In this document: positions 11,686-22,352 of the stretch, piece by piece | Layout: the number at the start of each line of letters is the position of its first letter | Position numbering within the stretch: position 1 is the first letter of the stretch | NCBI GenBank assembly: GCA_963726745.1 | Contig: CAVSDR010000003.1 | Coordinates: 288,001-352,000 of the forward strand | From: an uncultured Verrucomicrobiae bacterium | GTDB taxonomy: Bacteria > Verrucomicrobiota > Verrucomicrobiia > Chthoniobacterales > UBA10450 | Direction of reading: 5' to 3' | DNA: 64,000 nucleotides | The notes under the pieces: generated by a model | What the model was told of the DNA's origin: nothing | Databases searched by the model: none | The model's input: only the letters and a program-made list of their open reading frames with translations | Made by a program: the position numbers and the translations under genes

Positions 11686-12231
11686 ATGCGCCGCCGACAT
11701 TTCGTTCTCCTGGCGCTTCTCCTCCTCTCGTTAGGGGCGATCGACTTCTGGTTCACCCACCGGAAAGCGACGCCCTCGGCGGTGCCGCTCGGCGCCTCGC
11801 CTAACGAATCCTCGCCCACGCCTGCATCAGCGCAGCCATCCTCCACCGGCGGCGCCTCTCGCTTCATCACCCCCACGGCCACGCCCGTCCCGACAGTGCC
11901 CCTGGCCCCAGCGATGACACCGGCTCCTCCGGACGCCGCGGCCCTGCTCGAAGCCGACAAGGTCTCCCTGATGATCCGCGATTACCGCACGATCGCGGGC
12001 GAGAACCCGGTTGGGACCAACGCCGAGATCATGGCCGCGATCATGGGCGGTAATCCGAAACAGGCCAAACTGGGTCCGCCCGAAGGCATGTCGCTCAACC
12101 AACAAGGCGAGCTGATCGATCGTTGGGGCATGCCCTATTTCTTCCACCAGCTTTCCAAGACGCACATGGAAATCCGTTCCGCCGGTCCCGACAAAATCAT
12201 GGGCACCGACGACGATGTCCTCATTCGTTAG
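11686..12231 (+). CDS. Membrane-anchored protein with GspG/pseudopilin-like C-terminal domain
   Basis: N-terminal TM, Pro/Thr linker, C-terminal IDRWGMPYFF...IRSAGPDKIMGTDDD resembling the T2SS G DPWG...S.GPDG..GT.DD signature; no prepilin GFxxxE motif. Confidence 0.6.
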   Translation: MRRRHFVLLALLLLSLGAIDFWFTHRKATPSAVPLGASPNESSPTPASAQPSSTGGASRFITPTATPVPTVPLAPAMTPAPPDAAALLEADKVSLMIRDYRTIAGENPVGTNAEIMAAIMGGNPKQAKLGPPEGMSLNQQGELIDRWGMPYFFHQLSKTHMEIRSAGPDKIMGTDDDVLIR

Positions 12232-14210
12232 GGCGATTGCTGCCAGAGCGCCTGGAAGCGCGGGTCGTCGCGCACTCGATCCCAGAACGGATCGAGTTTT
12301 AGAAAAGCCGGGGTGAGCGCTTCCGCCGCCGTGGCAGTCAGCGCATGCTTGAGCAAAGGCAGCGCGCGGTCGAAATCGCCCAGCGCCGTGTAAGCGCGCG
12401 CGGCCGCTTCGTCCTCATTCGGAAGGGCCCACAGATCGGCGCGGATTAATTCCCGGTTGGCCTGCAGGACTCGCTCCACTTCCTCGCGGTGACCGAGAAG
12501 GGCTTCCGTCATCGCGTAGGCGTCCGCGAGGAGCAGGCCATCGTCGCCCTGCGCGCGCAACGTCTTGAACTCTGCCGCGGCCTGCTCGAGGAGCGCGCGC
12601 GCTTTCTCTGTCTCGCCTTGCGCGAGGCGAAAATGGGCGGTCGTGAGCCGCGCGATGCCGCGGAAAACAGGCGGCGTCTCCGGCGCGCTCTGCAAGCCCT
12701 GCTCGAGAAAGGCCTCTGCTTCCTCGAAGCGCCGCTGAAAAATCAGAAGGAGGAGCTGGAAGCCAAAACCGCGGTCGCTCGGAAGAAACTTGAGGTCCTT
12801 CACCAGGGCCGCCGCGGTCGTGACGTCGCCCTGCGCCAGATAAGTTTCCGCCTTCTGCCCAATAATCTCGGGGTCGTTAGGCGCAGTTGCCAAGGCGCGA
12901 TCGAACATCGCCCGCGCCTCATCAAACTTGCGCTGCCCGCGGTAGCTCCGCGCCAGGTTCACCCAGAGATCCTGGTTCAACGGATCGAGCTTCGTCGCCG
13001 CCAGCTGCGACGCGATCGACTCGTCGAAATTCCCCTGCCGCCGCTGCACCAGTCCGGTCCAGAGCAGGACGTTGGCGTCGTTCGGCGAGAGTTCGCGGGC
13101 GCGCTTCAACTCGGCCAGCGCGCGGTCCCAGTCGCGCAGGCAGTAGTATTGATAGGCGCCCATCGCGAGGTGCGCCTCGGTCGTATCGGGACCGAGCCGG
13201 ACCGCCGTCTCCGCCGCCTGCCGGACCCGCGCGAGCTGCGCCTCCGTGTGATTGGGAAAGAAATATTGCTGCGCCTCCGCGATCGCGAGCAGCGACCAGG
13301 CTTCGAGGTAATTCGGATCCAGCGCAACCGCGCGCCGGCTGAGCGCGACCAGCTTTTCCTCGTTCGCCTGCCCCTGCGCATGCGAGATCGCGAGCGCCTG
13401 CAAATAAACATCGTAGGCCTGCGGATTCTTCGTCCCCCCGGCCTTCATCGCCTGCATCTCGCGCCCGGTCAGCTTGGCTTCCAAAGTGCCGGCAATTCTC
13501 TGCGCGATCTCGCTTTCGACTTTGAAAATATCCATCAAATCGCGGTCGTAGGTTTCCGCCCAGAGATGCGAGTCGTTCAGCGCGTTGATCAACTGCACGG
13601 TCACGCGCACCTGCCCGGCGGATTTCTGCACGCTCCCCTCGAGCACATGGGTCACCCCGAGCTGCTGCGCGATCTCGCGCAGGTTTTCCGGGGCGCTTTT
13701 GTATTTCTGGGTCGAGGTGCGCGAGATCACTTTCAGGTCGGCCACCTTGGAAAGGCGCGTCAGGATTTCATCCTGGATGCCGTCGGCAAAATAAGCGTTC
13801 GCCTTGTCCTCGCTGAGCGATTCGAAGGGCAGGACCGCGATCGATTTAGCCGGCGTCGCTCCCTGCTTCTCCGGCGCGCTGTAGCGCCCGGCAAAGAACA
13901 GGCCTAACGAGAGCAAAGCTCCCACGACCGCCACGTAGATCCAGGCGTGACTCCGCTTCCGCTCCGGGAGCGCTTCGGCCGCTTCCGTGCGCTTGATTCC
14001 TTCCGGCGTGAGCTCAAAGGCCCACGCGATCACGAGCGCAACCGGGAAGCCCAGCGCGAGCAGGACGATCACCAGCCGGATAATCCAATCCGGAATCTGC
14101 AGGAACGGGAAGACCTGCGTCGCCACCTGGATGAGGAGCCATGCGACCACCGCGTAGGCCACCGCGACCTTGTAGACATTCCGCCGCTTTAGTTCCTCGA
14201 AAAACCTCAT
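12228..14210 (-). CDS. TolB-like/TPR membrane protein (paralogue 2)
   Basis: MRFFEELKRRNVYKVAVAY, KSIAVLPFESLS, ISRTSTQKY, TPRs, terminal WDRVRDDPRF. Confidence 0.87.
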   Translation of the reverse strand: MRFFEELKRRNVYKVAVAYAVVAWLLIQVATQVFPFLQIPDWIIRLVIVLLALGFPVALVIAWAFELTPEGIKRTEAAEALPERKRSHAWIYVAVVGALLSLGLFFAGRYSAPEKQGATPAKSIAVLPFESLSEDKANAYFADGIQDEILTRLSKVADLKVISRTSTQKYKSAPENLREIAQQLGVTHVLEGSVQKSAGQVRVTVQLINALNDSHLWAETYDRDLMDIFKVESEIAQRIAGTLEAKLTGREMQAMKAGGTKNPQAYDVYLQALAISHAQGQANEEKLVALSRRAVALDPNYLEAWSLLAIAEAQQYFFPNHTEAQLARVRQAAETAVRLGPDTTEAHLAMGAYQYYCLRDWDRALAELKRARELSPNDANVLLWTGLVQRRQGNFDESIASQLAATKLDPLNQDLWVNLARSYRGQRKFDEARAMFDRALATAPNDPEIIGQKAETYLAQGDVTTAAALVKDLKFLPSDRGFGFQLLLLIFQRRFEEAEAFLEQGLQSAPETPPVFRGIARLTTAHFRLAQGETEKARALLEQAAAEFKTLRAQGDDGLLLADAYAMTEALLGHREEVERVLQANRELIRADLWALPNEDEAAARAYTALGDFDRALPLLKHALTATAAEALTPAFLKLDPFWDRVRDDPRFQALWQQSP

Positions 14211-16183
14211 GGCTGCGACTCGAGCAGTTTTTGAAACTGCGGTTCGTTTCGCAACGGATCCCACAGCGGATCAGAGCGCAACGCCGCCACCGTGAGCGGG
14301 ATTTCCGCGGGCGTGTGCAGCAGCTCCGCCACGCTCGCCAGCGCGGCCGCTTTCTCACCGAGGTGCGCGCGCGCGAGCGCGATCTCCGTGCGAAGAGCGG
14401 CGCCTTGCAGCGCGTCGTGCCGGATGTTCTCGGCCACCTCCGCGACCAGCGCTTCCAGCTTGTCTTTCTCCTGGAGAAAGCCGGCCAAGTCGATCAGGAG
14501 GGCGGTCGTCCACGGATTCGGACCATGCTGCGCGCGCAAGGTGGTCAGCTCCTCCTGCGCCGCGGAGAGTGCCGTCTGGACGGGCTCGCCCGCCAGGCTC
14601 TGCGCGATCGCCAATTCCGCACGGTAATTAGCGGCTACCGCCGGGGCCAGCTGCCCGGCCGCGGCCAGGGTGCGCTGCAAAATCCCGATGCCTTCCGCAA
14701 ATTGCCGCTGCCAAAACCGATGGCGCACCAGCGTCATCACCACCATCGTTTCGCGCGCGTCGAACCGAACCTGGCCTAACAAGTCGCCCGCGGCCGCAAA
14801 GTCTCCCTGCGCCAGGTGCAACGAAGCCTTCTGCGCCAGCAGTTCGGAGTTGCCCGGCTCGATCAGGAGAGCGCGATCCAGCAGCGGAAACGCTTCCGCG
14901 AACCGCCGCAACGCGCCATAAGTCAGCGCCGCTTCCGAGAGAAGGATCGGGTTGCGCGGGTCCAGCTCGAGCGACTGCGCGTGCAGCTGAAGCGTGTCCT
15001 CCCAGCGGCCCTGGCGGCGCTTCACATAAGCGGAGAACTCGATCGCCATCACTCGATTGGCCAGGCGATCGCGCGCTTTCTCGAAACTCTCCAGCGCGCG
15101 GTCGAAATCGCGCAGGACCTTGTAGCGATACATTCCTTGCGCCAGCCAGACTTCGCCCAGGTCCGGCTGCAATTCCTGCGCGCGGTCGAGCGCCCGTTTC
15201 GCCTCCGCGGCTCGTGCCGGCGTGGAATCGAAGGCGGTGTACTTGAAAGACTGCACCACCGCGAGGTAAGCCCAGCCGAGCGCGAAGTTCGGATCGAGCT
15301 CCACCGCGCGCGCGAAATAGTCCGCCGTCTGATCCACTTCATCGAGCGACTGCGTGAAGCGATTCCAGAGCACGAGTCCGCGCAGGTAGGCATCGTAGGC
15401 CGCGGGATTATCCGTCGGGTGCGCCGTGACCGCTTCCTCCTCGCGGCCGGAAAGTTTCAAGCGCAGCGCCTTGGCCACGTTGGCGGCGATGTCGCTCTGC
15501 ACGCTGAAGATGTCGGTTAATTTCCGATCGTAAACTTCCGCCCACACGTGGTCGTCCGTCTCCGCGTGGATCAGCTGCACGTTGACCCGCACCTGCGTGC
15601 CCGCCTTCTGCACGCTCCCTTCCAGGACGTGGGCCACTTTTAATTGCCGCGCGATTTCCGGGATGTTTTCCGGCGAACTCTTGTAACGCAGCACCGAGGT
15701 GCGCGAGATGACTTTCAAGCCGTCGATCTTAGCCAGCCGGCTGAGGATTTCGTCCTGGATGCCGTCGGCAAAATAGGCGTTCGCCCGGTCTTCGCTCCGG
15801 TTCTCAAACGGCAGGACGGCGATCGACTTTTGCGGAATCGAGCCAGCTTCCGGCGCCGGGATGGCGGAGGCCGCCGGCCCGTGCGTCTCCCGGGCGTAGC
15901 GCCAGAGGAAACCGCCGCCTAACGAGAGCAAAAGCGCGAGGATCACGAGCTCGATTCCGCTCACGCGCTGCGCCCCGCGTTCGCCGTGATACCAGGCGAG
16001 CACGAGCGTGATCACGAAACCGACGCAGGTCGCGATGATCAGGGCGCGCTCGATCAGGTCCGGCCAGCCGAAACGTTGCGCGACGATGTCCACGCCCTGC
16101 AGCAACGCGAACGCCGCGGCGGCGTAGGCGACGGCCCATTGCACCAGCTTGCGCTGCTTCAGCCGTTCGAAAAAGGCGTTCAT
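14207..16183 (-). CDS. TolB-like/TPR membrane protein (paralogue 3)
   Basis: MNAFFERLKQRK, KSIAVLPFENRS, TPRs, WDPLRNEPQF; ATGA overlap with paralogue 2. Confidence 0.87.
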   Translation of the reverse strand: MNAFFERLKQRKLVQWAVAYAAAAFALLQGVDIVAQRFGWPDLIERALIIATCVGFVITLVLAWYHGERGAQRVSGIELVILALLLSLGGGFLWRYARETHGPAASAIPAPEAGSIPQKSIAVLPFENRSEDRANAYFADGIQDEILSRLAKIDGLKVISRTSVLRYKSSPENIPEIARQLKVAHVLEGSVQKAGTQVRVNVQLIHAETDDHVWAEVYDRKLTDIFSVQSDIAANVAKALRLKLSGREEEAVTAHPTDNPAAYDAYLRGLVLWNRFTQSLDEVDQTADYFARAVELDPNFALGWAYLAVVQSFKYTAFDSTPARAAEAKRALDRAQELQPDLGEVWLAQGMYRYKVLRDFDRALESFEKARDRLANRVMAIEFSAYVKRRQGRWEDTLQLHAQSLELDPRNPILLSEAALTYGALRRFAEAFPLLDRALLIEPGNSELLAQKASLHLAQGDFAAAGDLLGQVRFDARETMVVMTLVRHRFWQRQFAEGIGILQRTLAAAGQLAPAVAANYRAELAIAQSLAGEPVQTALSAAQEELTTLRAQHGPNPWTTALLIDLAGFLQEKDKLEALVAEVAENIRHDALQGAALRTEIALARAHLGEKAAALASVAELLHTPAEIPLTVAALRSDPLWDPLRNEPQFQKLLESQP

Positions 16184-16219
16184 TGCCCGCCGTCGCAGAC
16201 TACCATGAGCCGCACGGTA

Positions 16220-16911
16220 TCAGAACGTCCCCTTCGAACGCAGGGGAAACTGCAGGCTCGCCAGCGCCGCGGGTAGCTCGGTCAGGTGCTGAATGACTGC
16301 ATCTGCGCCCAAGGCCTCTGCCGGACGGTCGCGGAAACCGAAGCTCACTGCCACGCAGGGCAACCCCGCCGCTCGCGCCGTTTCCACATCATAATCGAGT
16401 CGCCTACGAGCACCGCCGACCCGCCGCCGGCGCGGCGGACCGCTTCAAGCAGAGGCGCCGGGTTCGGCTTGCGCACCGCGAGCGTGTCGCCGCCGATCAC
16501 ACTGGCGAAAACGCTCCCCCAGCCCATGGCCGCGAGGAGCAAATGCGTGTGCGCTTCCGGCTTGTTCGTGCAGATCGCCAGCCGCATCCCGGCCTCGCGC
16601 AATTGCTCGAGCGTTTCGCGCGCGCCTTCGTAAATGCGGCTCCCATCCGCGATATGCGCGGCGTAGTTTTCCAGGAAAATAGGCAGCGCTTTCTCCACCA
16701 GCGCGGGGCTGGAATCGCCGGTGGCGCAAAGGCCGCGGTCGAGCAGCACGCGCACGCCGGACCCGACCATTTGCCGCACGACCGCGGAAGGAAGTTCCAC
16801 GCGCCCGAATGCGCGCAGGACAAAATTCAGCGCGCTCGTCAGGTCGGGCGAGCTGTCGACCAAAGTGCCGTCTAAATCGAAGACGACCACGTCGTAAGGA
16901 ACGGTTTTCAT
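16220..16911 (-). CDS. gph: Phosphoglycolate phosphatase-like HAD hydrolase, frameshift near 16390
   Basis: [23 protein letters not shown]; continues in a shifted frame as [19 protein letters not shown]...* ending at 16220. Confidence 0.8.
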
Positions 16912-16971
16912 GCGCCGGAAAAGCAGGTGCGGACAGATAGTCGAAGACCCCCGCAGATGCTACCGTCTCCG

Positions 16972-19180
16972 ATGCCGTTCGAGCTCGAGTCAAACTACAC
17001 CCCGCGCGGGGACCAGGGGCAGGCGATTGCGAAGCTGCTCAAGTCGCTCGAAGCCGGCAATCGCCACCAGACGCTCCTCGGCGTGACCGGCTCGGGCAAG
17101 ACCTTCACGATGGCGAATGTGATCAAGGAACTCGAGCGCCCGACCTTGATCATCTCGCATAACAAAACGCTCGCGGCCCAGCTTTACTCGGAGTTCAAGC
17201 AATTCTTCCCGCGGAATGCGGTGGAGTATTTCGTGAGCTACTTCGATTACTACCAGCCGGAGGCTTACATCCCGCGCTCCGATACCTACATCGAGAAGGA
17301 CTCCTCGATTAACGAAGAGATCGAGCGCCTTCGCCTCGCGGCCACGAGCGCGCTGCTTTCGCGGCGCGACGTCATCGTCGTCGCGAGCGTCTCCTGCATC
17401 TACGGCGTGACCTCGCCGGAGGATTACCTGCGCATGCTCCTGACGGTGAAGAAGGGCCAGCAAATCTCGCGGGAAGCGGTCCTCGGCCGGCTAGTCGACA
17501 TGCTCTATGGGCGAAACGACATCGAGTTTGCCCGCGGAAAATTCCGGGTGCGCGGCGACGTGGTCGAGGTTTATCCCGCGACCGCCGACGAGGAGGCGAT
17601 CCGGCTGGAGTTTTTTGGCGACGAGATCGACGCGATCACGCGTTTCGATCCCCTCACCGGCCAGGCGCGCGAGCAGCTGGGCGTGATCACTTTCTTTCCG
17701 GCGAAGCAGTTCGTCACCCCAGCCGACAAATTGAACCGGGCGCTTTCCTCCATTCGGAACGAGCTCGAGCACCGGATCATCGAGCTGGAATCGCAAAGCC
17801 GCCTGCTCGAGGCGCAGCGCTTGAAAATGCGCACGGAATACGACCTCGAGATGCTCCAGGAGATGGGCTTCTGCAACGGGATCGAGAACTACTCGCGCCA
17901 TCTCTCCGGCCGCATGCCGGGGTCGAAGCCGTTCACGCTCCTCGACTTTTTCCCAAAGGATTACTTGTTAGTCATCGATGAATCGCACGCCACCATTCCG
18001 CAGATCGGCGGGATGTATGAAGGCGACAAGTCGCGCAAAACCGTCCTCGTGGAATACGGCTTCCGGCTCCCGAGCGCGCTCGATAACCGTCCGCTGAACT
18101 TCAAGGAGTTCATGGGCTCGACCAACCAGCTCGCCTATGTCAGCGCCACGCCGGCGGAGTTTGAGATCAAGAACAGCATCGTCGGCAACACCGGCTATTT
18201 CCCGCACAAGCGCGAGCGCATCGGCCAGGACGAGGAAGTGCCGTTCCTCCTCCCGGGCAAGACCACGGCGACGGTTGTGAGCCGGACGGACGACCCGCCG
18301 GAGAAGTTCGACACGCAGCACGCCGGGCGCGCCATTGGTGGTCGAGCAGATCATTCGGCCGACGGGATTGCTCGACCCGAAGATCACGCTCAAGGAATTG
18401 AAGAACCAGATCGACGAGACGATCGAGCTTTGCCGGCAGCGGGTGGAAGTGCAGGAGCGCGTCCTCGTGACCACCTTGACGAAACGCACCGCGGAAGACC
18501 TCTCCGATTACCTGCGCGATGTCGGCCTGAAAGTGCGCTATCTCCACAGCGACATCGACACGATCGAGCGCGTGGAAATTCTCCGTTCCCTGCGCGCGGG
18601 CGACTTCGATATTCTCGTCGGGATCAATCTCCTGCGCGAAGGCCTCGACCTGCCCGAGGTCTCGTTAGTCTGCATTCTCGATGCGGACAAGGAAGGCTTC
18701 CTGCGCTCGCAGACTTCGCTCATCCAGACCGCCGGTCGCGCCGCGCGCCACGTGAACGGCGAGGTCGTGCTCTTCGCCGACACGGTCACGCAAAGCATGC
18801 AGGCCTTGATCTCGATCAGCGATTACCGCCGGACGAAGCAGATGGAGTACAACGAGAAGCACGGGATCACGCCCACGACGGTGAAGCGCGCGATCCAGGA
18901 GAGCTTGCACACGATTTTGAAAGGTCGCGAAATTGCCGCCTCGGTGGTGCAGGAAGCAGGCGGCGATTTCAACCTCACCGAGCTCCTGCGCGAGCTCGAG
19001 GACGACATGCAGAGAGCGTCGGCTAATTTGGAATTCGAACGCGCGGCGCTCCTGCGCGACCAGATCCTGGAAGTGAAAAACGGCACCGGCCTTTCGAAGA
19101 TCGAGCCGAAGCGCAAACCGGTGAAATACTCCGCGCGCGGCGGCGGCGGCACTCCGCGCCGGCGCGGCTCGCGCGTCTAG
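16972..19180 (+). CDS. uvrB: Excinuclease ABC subunit B, frameshift near 18320
   Basis: [68 protein letters not shown]. Confidence 0.95.
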
Positions 19181-19184
19181 CACC

Positions 19185-19799
19185 ATGAAACACCTTGCGC
19201 TCCTGCTCGCGTTGCTCGCCAGCACAGCCGCGGCCCGCGAGCCGGTCGTCGGCGGCCCGTGTGAAGGATGCGAAGCAGTCTATGTGGGTTTGCCGGCGAA
19301 GCTCGAGTCCCGTGCGCGGATCGCGCCGGCTGGCGAACCGGGGACGCCGTTGCGCATCGAAGGCACGGTGCGCACCGCGGACGATCGTCCGGCTGCGGGC
19401 GTGATCGTTTACGCGTATCACACGAACGCCCAGGGCATTTACCCGCCGGATCCTGCGACGCGCGGCACCGCGGCCGCACGTCACGGCCGGCTGCGCGCCT
19501 GGGTGCAAACCGACGCGCAAGGCCGCTACGTTTTCGAAACCATCCGGCCGGGCGGCTATCCCGGGCGGCTTGACCCCGAACATGTCCACCTGCACGTGAT
19601 CGAGCCGGGACGCTGCACCTACTACATCGACGACATTGTCTTCCGCGATGATCCGCGCCTGACCGCGGCGCAGATCGCCCGCGTTGCGCACGGTCGCGGC
19701 GGCTCCGGCATCACGCAGCCGCGCCGCGCGGCGGACGGCGGTCTCCGGGTCGAGCGCAACATTCTCCTCGGCGCGGCCATTCCCGGCTATCCGCGGTAA
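19185..19799 (+). CDS. Secreted intradiol ring-cleavage dioxygenase-like protein
   Basis: Signal peptide, GGPCEGCE, GTPLRIEGTV, YHTNAQGIY, LRAWVQTDAQGRYVFETIRPGGY, HVHL. Confidence 0.75.
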   Translation: MKHLALLLALLASTAAAREPVVGGPCEGCEAVYVGLPAKLESRARIAPAGEPGTPLRIEGTVRTADDRPAAGVIVYAYHTNAQGIYPPDPATRGTAAARHGRLRAWVQTDAQGRYVFETIRPGGYPGRLDPEHVHLHVIEPGRCTYYIDDIVFRDDPRLTAAQIARVAHGRGGSGITQPRRAADGGLRVERNILLGAAIPGYPR

Positions 19800-19838
19800 G
19801 GCCGTGCGCGCGCACGCAACTCGCTACAGACCGGAGGC

Positions 19839-20705
19839 GTGATCCGCCTTCTCCTCCTGCTCCTCCTGACTGCGACTTCGCTCCGGGCGCAGCTCGAGGA
19901 GGTCGAGCTCTCGAGAATTAGCCAGCAGGATGGCCACCCGCTGGCGGCGCGCGCGCTCGCGCTCCATCCGGCGGAATGGAAGCACGCCGAGGGCGAGCAT
20001 TTCATCTATCATTACACGCGCAGCCACGTGGCCAACGCCGTTGCCCTCGAGGCCGAGCATGGCTGGCGCGTGATCGCGCAAACGCTCGAGCGCGACGCGC
20101 CGGCGAGTCCGCGAAAGTCGCACATCTACCTTTTCGAGAATCCGGAGGACTGGGTGAATTTTCGCGTCGCCGGCGAACTCGAGGCGTGGACTGGCGGGAT
20201 CCATTCCGAGGGCAGCCTCTTTCTCCTGCGCGACGCGGCGACTCGTTTTGCCGACAACACCCTCGCGCACGAGGTCGCGCACCTGGTGCTCTTCCGCTAC
20301 TACGGCCACGCGATTCCGCTCTGGCTGAACGAAGGCTTCGCGCAATTCGTTTCCAAAGGCGCGCAGGCCAGCTTCCATCGCGCGCGCGGCCGGCGGGCGG
20401 TCCCGAAGTCGGAGGCGGTCGACCCGACGGGCTACATTCCCATCGCCGAACTCCTCGCTTTGACCAAAGCGCCGGGCGACCGCGTCGACCTCTTTTACGA
20501 CGAAGCCGAGCGGCTGGTCCGCTTTCTCGCCGCCGAAAAGCCGCGCTTCCTCGCGCTGCTCGATGCGCTTGGGCGACAGGAGACGTTCGACGCGGCTTTC
20601 CCTCGCGTATATGCCGGGGTCTTTAACAACCGGGCCGATTTCGAGGAGAAGTTTCGGGCTTACGCCTCGAAGGATTTTGCCGGCAACCCGCAGGACACCT
20701 TGTAG
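19839..20705 (+). CDS. Secreted putative zinc metallopeptidase (gluzincin/peptidase MA-like)
   Basis: Signal peptide; LAHEVAH followed by PLWLNEGFA. Confidence 0.65.
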   Translation: MIRLLLLLLLTATSLRAQLEEVELSRISQQDGHPLAARALALHPAEWKHAEGEHFIYHYTRSHVANAVALEAEHGWRVIAQTLERDAPASPRKSHIYLFENPEDWVNFRVAGELEAWTGGIHSEGSLFLLRDAATRFADNTLAHEVAHLVLFRYYGHAIPLWLNEGFAQFVSKGAQASFHRARGRRAVPKSEAVDPTGYIPIAELLALTKAPGDRVDLFYDEAERLVRFLAAEKPRFLALLDALGRQETFDAAFPRVYAGVFNNRADFEEKFRAYASKDFAGNPQDTL

Positions 20706-20738
20706 CGCCACGGTCGAACGCGGACTAAAGTCCGCGGG

Positions 20739-21864
20739 ATGGCGAAAGCAAAAGCCAAAACGGGCGACGCCCAGATCCACGCGGTCGTCGGCTCCGACGA
20801 GAGCGAGGTCAAGCGCACCGCCGCGGAATTAGCCGCCCAGTTGACCCCGCCGGATGCGGGCGATTTCGGCCTCGAGATCATCGACGGCGCAGGCGACAAC
20901 AGCGAGCAATCTGCCAGCCGCATTCGCGCCGCGATCGATGCCTTGCAGACGCTCCCGTTCTTTGGCGGCAAGCTCGTCTGGCTCAAGAACGCGAACAGCC
21001 TGGGCGATTCCGTCATCGGCCGCTCGGTCGCGGTGCAGGAAGCGCTGGAGAAATTAGCCGACACTTTGGACGAAGGACTCGCGCCTGGAATTACCTTCCT
21101 GCTGAGCGCGACCGAGGTGGACAAGCGGCGCTCGTTCTACAAGTCGTTAGGCAAACGCGCCGAGCTGCAGGTGATCGACAAGCTCGACGCCAGTCGCAGC
21201 GGCTGGGAAGAGGAAGCGACCGAGATCGTCCGCCGCCGGGCGCGCGCGCGCGAACTCGCCTTCGAGGAGGAAGCGCTCGATCTCTTCGTTCTCCTGACCG
21301 GCGGCGACACCCGGCAAATCGAGAACGAGCTCGAGAAGCTCGACCTTTATGTGAGCGCGCAACGCCGCGTGACCACCGAGGAAGTGCGCACGCTGGTGCC
21401 GCTCTCGCGCGCCGGGGTGATCTTCGAATTAGGCAACGCTTTGGCCGCCTGCGATCTCGACCGCGCGCTCGCGCTCGTGCGCGGGCTGCTCGACCAGGGC
21501 GAAAGCGCGATCGGCATTCTCCTGGTCGCGATCCTGCCGACGGTGCGGAATCTCCTGCTCGCGAAGGACCTGATCGAGCGCCATCGGATGAGCCGGCCCT
21601 CGGCGCCGTTCTCTTTCATCTCCGCGGTCAATCGCCTGCCCGCGAGCGCGACCGAGCATCTCCCGCGCAAGAAAGACGGCACGGTCAACGCCTACGCGCT
21701 CGGGCCTGGCCGCGATGGCGGCGCACCGCTTCGAGACGGAGCAATTAATCGCCGGTCTCGAGGCTTGCCTGGAAGCGAACCTGCAGATCGTGAGCAGCGC
21801 GCTCGATCACGAGCTCATCCTGACCGAGATCGTGGTCAAGCTGCTTGCGCGGCCAGGTCGTTAG
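20739..21864 (+). CDS. holA: DNA polymerase III delta subunit, frameshift near 21705
   Basis: LQTLPFFGGKLVW, GGDTRQIENELEKLDLY, IFELGNAL; shifted tail AAMAAHRF...LEANLQIVSS...LLARPGR* ending at 21864. Confidence 0.85.
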
Positions 21865-22296
21865 ACCGCGGACGTGGTCCCATCGACCTGCTGGCGCGCG
21901 ATCGGCCCGAGGTAGGGAATTTCCCAACGCACACCGATAAAAGCCTTCACCAGCGTGATGATGAAGAAGACGAGGAAGGCCAGGCTAACCAGTGCCCAGA
22001 TGATCCAAAGGATGAGCGCGAAGACGACGCCAAGCGCCGGGAATGGGCGTGAGGATGGCGTGCGCGATGTTGAAGACGATCACGAAGACCAGCCAGGCAC
22101 CGCCGAAAATGATCGACTGCATGGCGTAAAAACGGACGAATGCATCGCGTTTCTCGAGCACGTAAAAGATGATCCCACCGATGAGCGGAATGCAGGCGAG
22201 CGCGGCGGCCACATTCGACGGCAGGCCGGTCGTGCTATTGGTCGGGCCGACCGGCGGCGGAGTCGTTGGAGGAATGGAATCAACAGGGTCAGCCAT
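21861..22296 (-). CDS. DUF4870-like small membrane protein, frameshift near 22040
   Basis: TGLPSNVAAALAC, VLEKRDAFVRFYAMQSI; shifted tail ...KAFIGVRWEIPYLGPIARQQ..*. Confidence 0.7.
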
Positions 22297-22352
22297 GTCC
22301 TTGAGTACATGAGACCGCGCGCCGGGTTGTCAAGCGCGCGCCGGGAAACCGC

